From the NCBI GenBank assembly GCA_013239625.1, contig MU054323.1, positions 11,367,815 through 11,431,814 on the forward strand: DNA of 64,000 nt, read 5' to 3'. Of the stretch, positions 62,986 to 64,000 are shown piece by piece (position 1 is the first letter of the stretch; the number at the start of each line of letters is the position of its first letter). Source of the stretch: Lama guanicoe. Lineage: Eukaryota. The notes under the pieces are model-generated. The model made no database searches, was not told the origin of the DNA, and saw nothing but the letters and a program-made list of their open reading frames with translations. The position numbers and the translations under genes were made by a program.

Positions 62986-63815
62986 GAGAATGGGTTCTCA
63001 CATAGTATAAATCCTTTGCAGATGAAGATAGCTCAGTAAAGAGCTGTTTTAGATTCATATGTGAGAAGGGAACGGGAGCAATCTCACCAAGGCTGTTTCT
63101 AAATTTAAAAATATTTTGCCAGGTTTCAGTCAACCCACAACCCAAAACTAAAATGATGCATGTAAAAACTAGAGATTGAAATAATCTTGTCCTCGCCATT
63201 TATAGTACTCCAGTTTAGAATAAGTTTTACTTGGCAAGACAAACCATCCCCTCTCTTCTCCCGTCCCATGATGTGTATTAAAATTACAGTGTTCCATGGC
63301 AGTGGGCACTGACCTTTAAATCATGCTTCAAAATATTTGTTAGGTCTTCCCTTCTAAATGTGCTGTTTGTGTAAATATGGTGGCTAAATTAGATTTAAAA
63401 ATTGGAGAGGGGGCTGTTATTTTAAAGGGCCTGATTTGTGTTTTCTAGTGTGTATTAAGAACACTTATTAAAGATCTGGGGTTCAGAGGATTGAGTTAAT
63501 CATACTCCTTAGGACATACAGGACATTATGACTGGTCTTGGGTAAAGCTTCTCTTGTTTTATTGTTTTTTATTTAGTCCACATTTCTGCTGTATACTGCT
63601 CCCATTTCTTCCTCCTTCCATAGGCATTCTGATATATTTAACATGTGTCATTTTGCTTCTGCGTGTTCTTATAAAATTGTTTTGTTTTATATTTCTGTAT
63701 TTTAAAAAGTTTACGCAAATGTTATATATTGTTTCTATTATATATCTCTTTCTGTTTCTTGTTTTTTTCACTTAGCATTTTGCTGTTAAAATACATTCAT
63801 ATTCATAACCAAAGT

Positions 63816-64000
63816 TGTAGAAAAGGAGACCTGATTGAAATAAGAAGGGGTTTATTTGGGGATTATTAGGACTGCAGCCCAGGAGACACAGATTCAAAAA
63901 GCACTTAAATTGTGTTCCACCGGGCTACAAACTTGGGGGAGGTTTACAAAGGCAAAAACCACAAGGTTACAGTTAGTTACATGAGTTGTTTATCAAGAAT
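63816..64000 (-). mobile_element. Probable ERV LTR 3' end (runs off the window)
   Basis: Begins tgtagaaaagg (…CA end on the minus strand), with tttatt (AATAAA on minus) about 35 bp inside. cagcccaggagacacagattcaa is LTR-like. Confidence 0.5.

Larger units (their letters stand above)
23702..64000 (+). other. LCLAT1: LCLAT1 long intron continuing beyond the window (>40 kb)
   Basis: I did not see the expected next exon (GKNLDAVHDITVAYP..., recalled from orthologues) by eye before the window end. Confidence 0.75.

Noticed and set aside
1..64000. CRISPR array, operon, rRNA, snoRNA/miRNA or CpG-island promoter
   Set aside because: I saw no regularly spaced repeat-spacer array, prokaryotic gene organisation, recognisable structured RNA gene or CpG island. 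An Infernal/Rfam scan would be needed to exclude small RNAs.

Overview
Mammalian genomic DNA, AT-rich and repeat-dense. It is most likely camelid (alpaca/llama/camel), because it has two tRNA-Ala-derived vic-1-type SINEs and I saw no Alu, B1/B2, Bov-tA or CAN SINEs. The window lies inside the LCLAT1 (lysocardiolipin acyltransferase 1) gene on the + strand. Two internal coding exons are present (18298-18444, 147 nt; 23585-23701, 117 nt). Both have canonical AG/GT boundaries and phase-1 junctions, and they splice in frame to (G)WAMQAAAYIFIHRKWKDDRSHFEDMIDYFCDIHEPLQLLIFPEGTDLTESTMARSNDFAEKNGLQKYEYVLHPRTTGFTFVVDRLRE(G). The rest is intron. It holds a decayed near-full-length L1 (1-5873), a compound L1 locus (39546-42810) with a nested SINE, and a young 5'-truncated antisense L1 with clear target-site duplications (52748-53643). 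It also holds MaLR/ERVL LTRs, MER58- and Tigger-type DNA transposon relics, HAL1, L2, MIR and CR1 fragments. Nearly all other ORFs in the track are L1 remnants or chance ORFs. I did not find a convincing undescribed biological system. The best leads are candidate cryptic or poison exons, a motif-dense non-repetitive candidate enhancer, and atypical L1 insertion structures. Repeat subfamily names come from recalled consensus sequences and need RepeatMasker/Dfam confirmation. Boundaries of old repeats are approximate.
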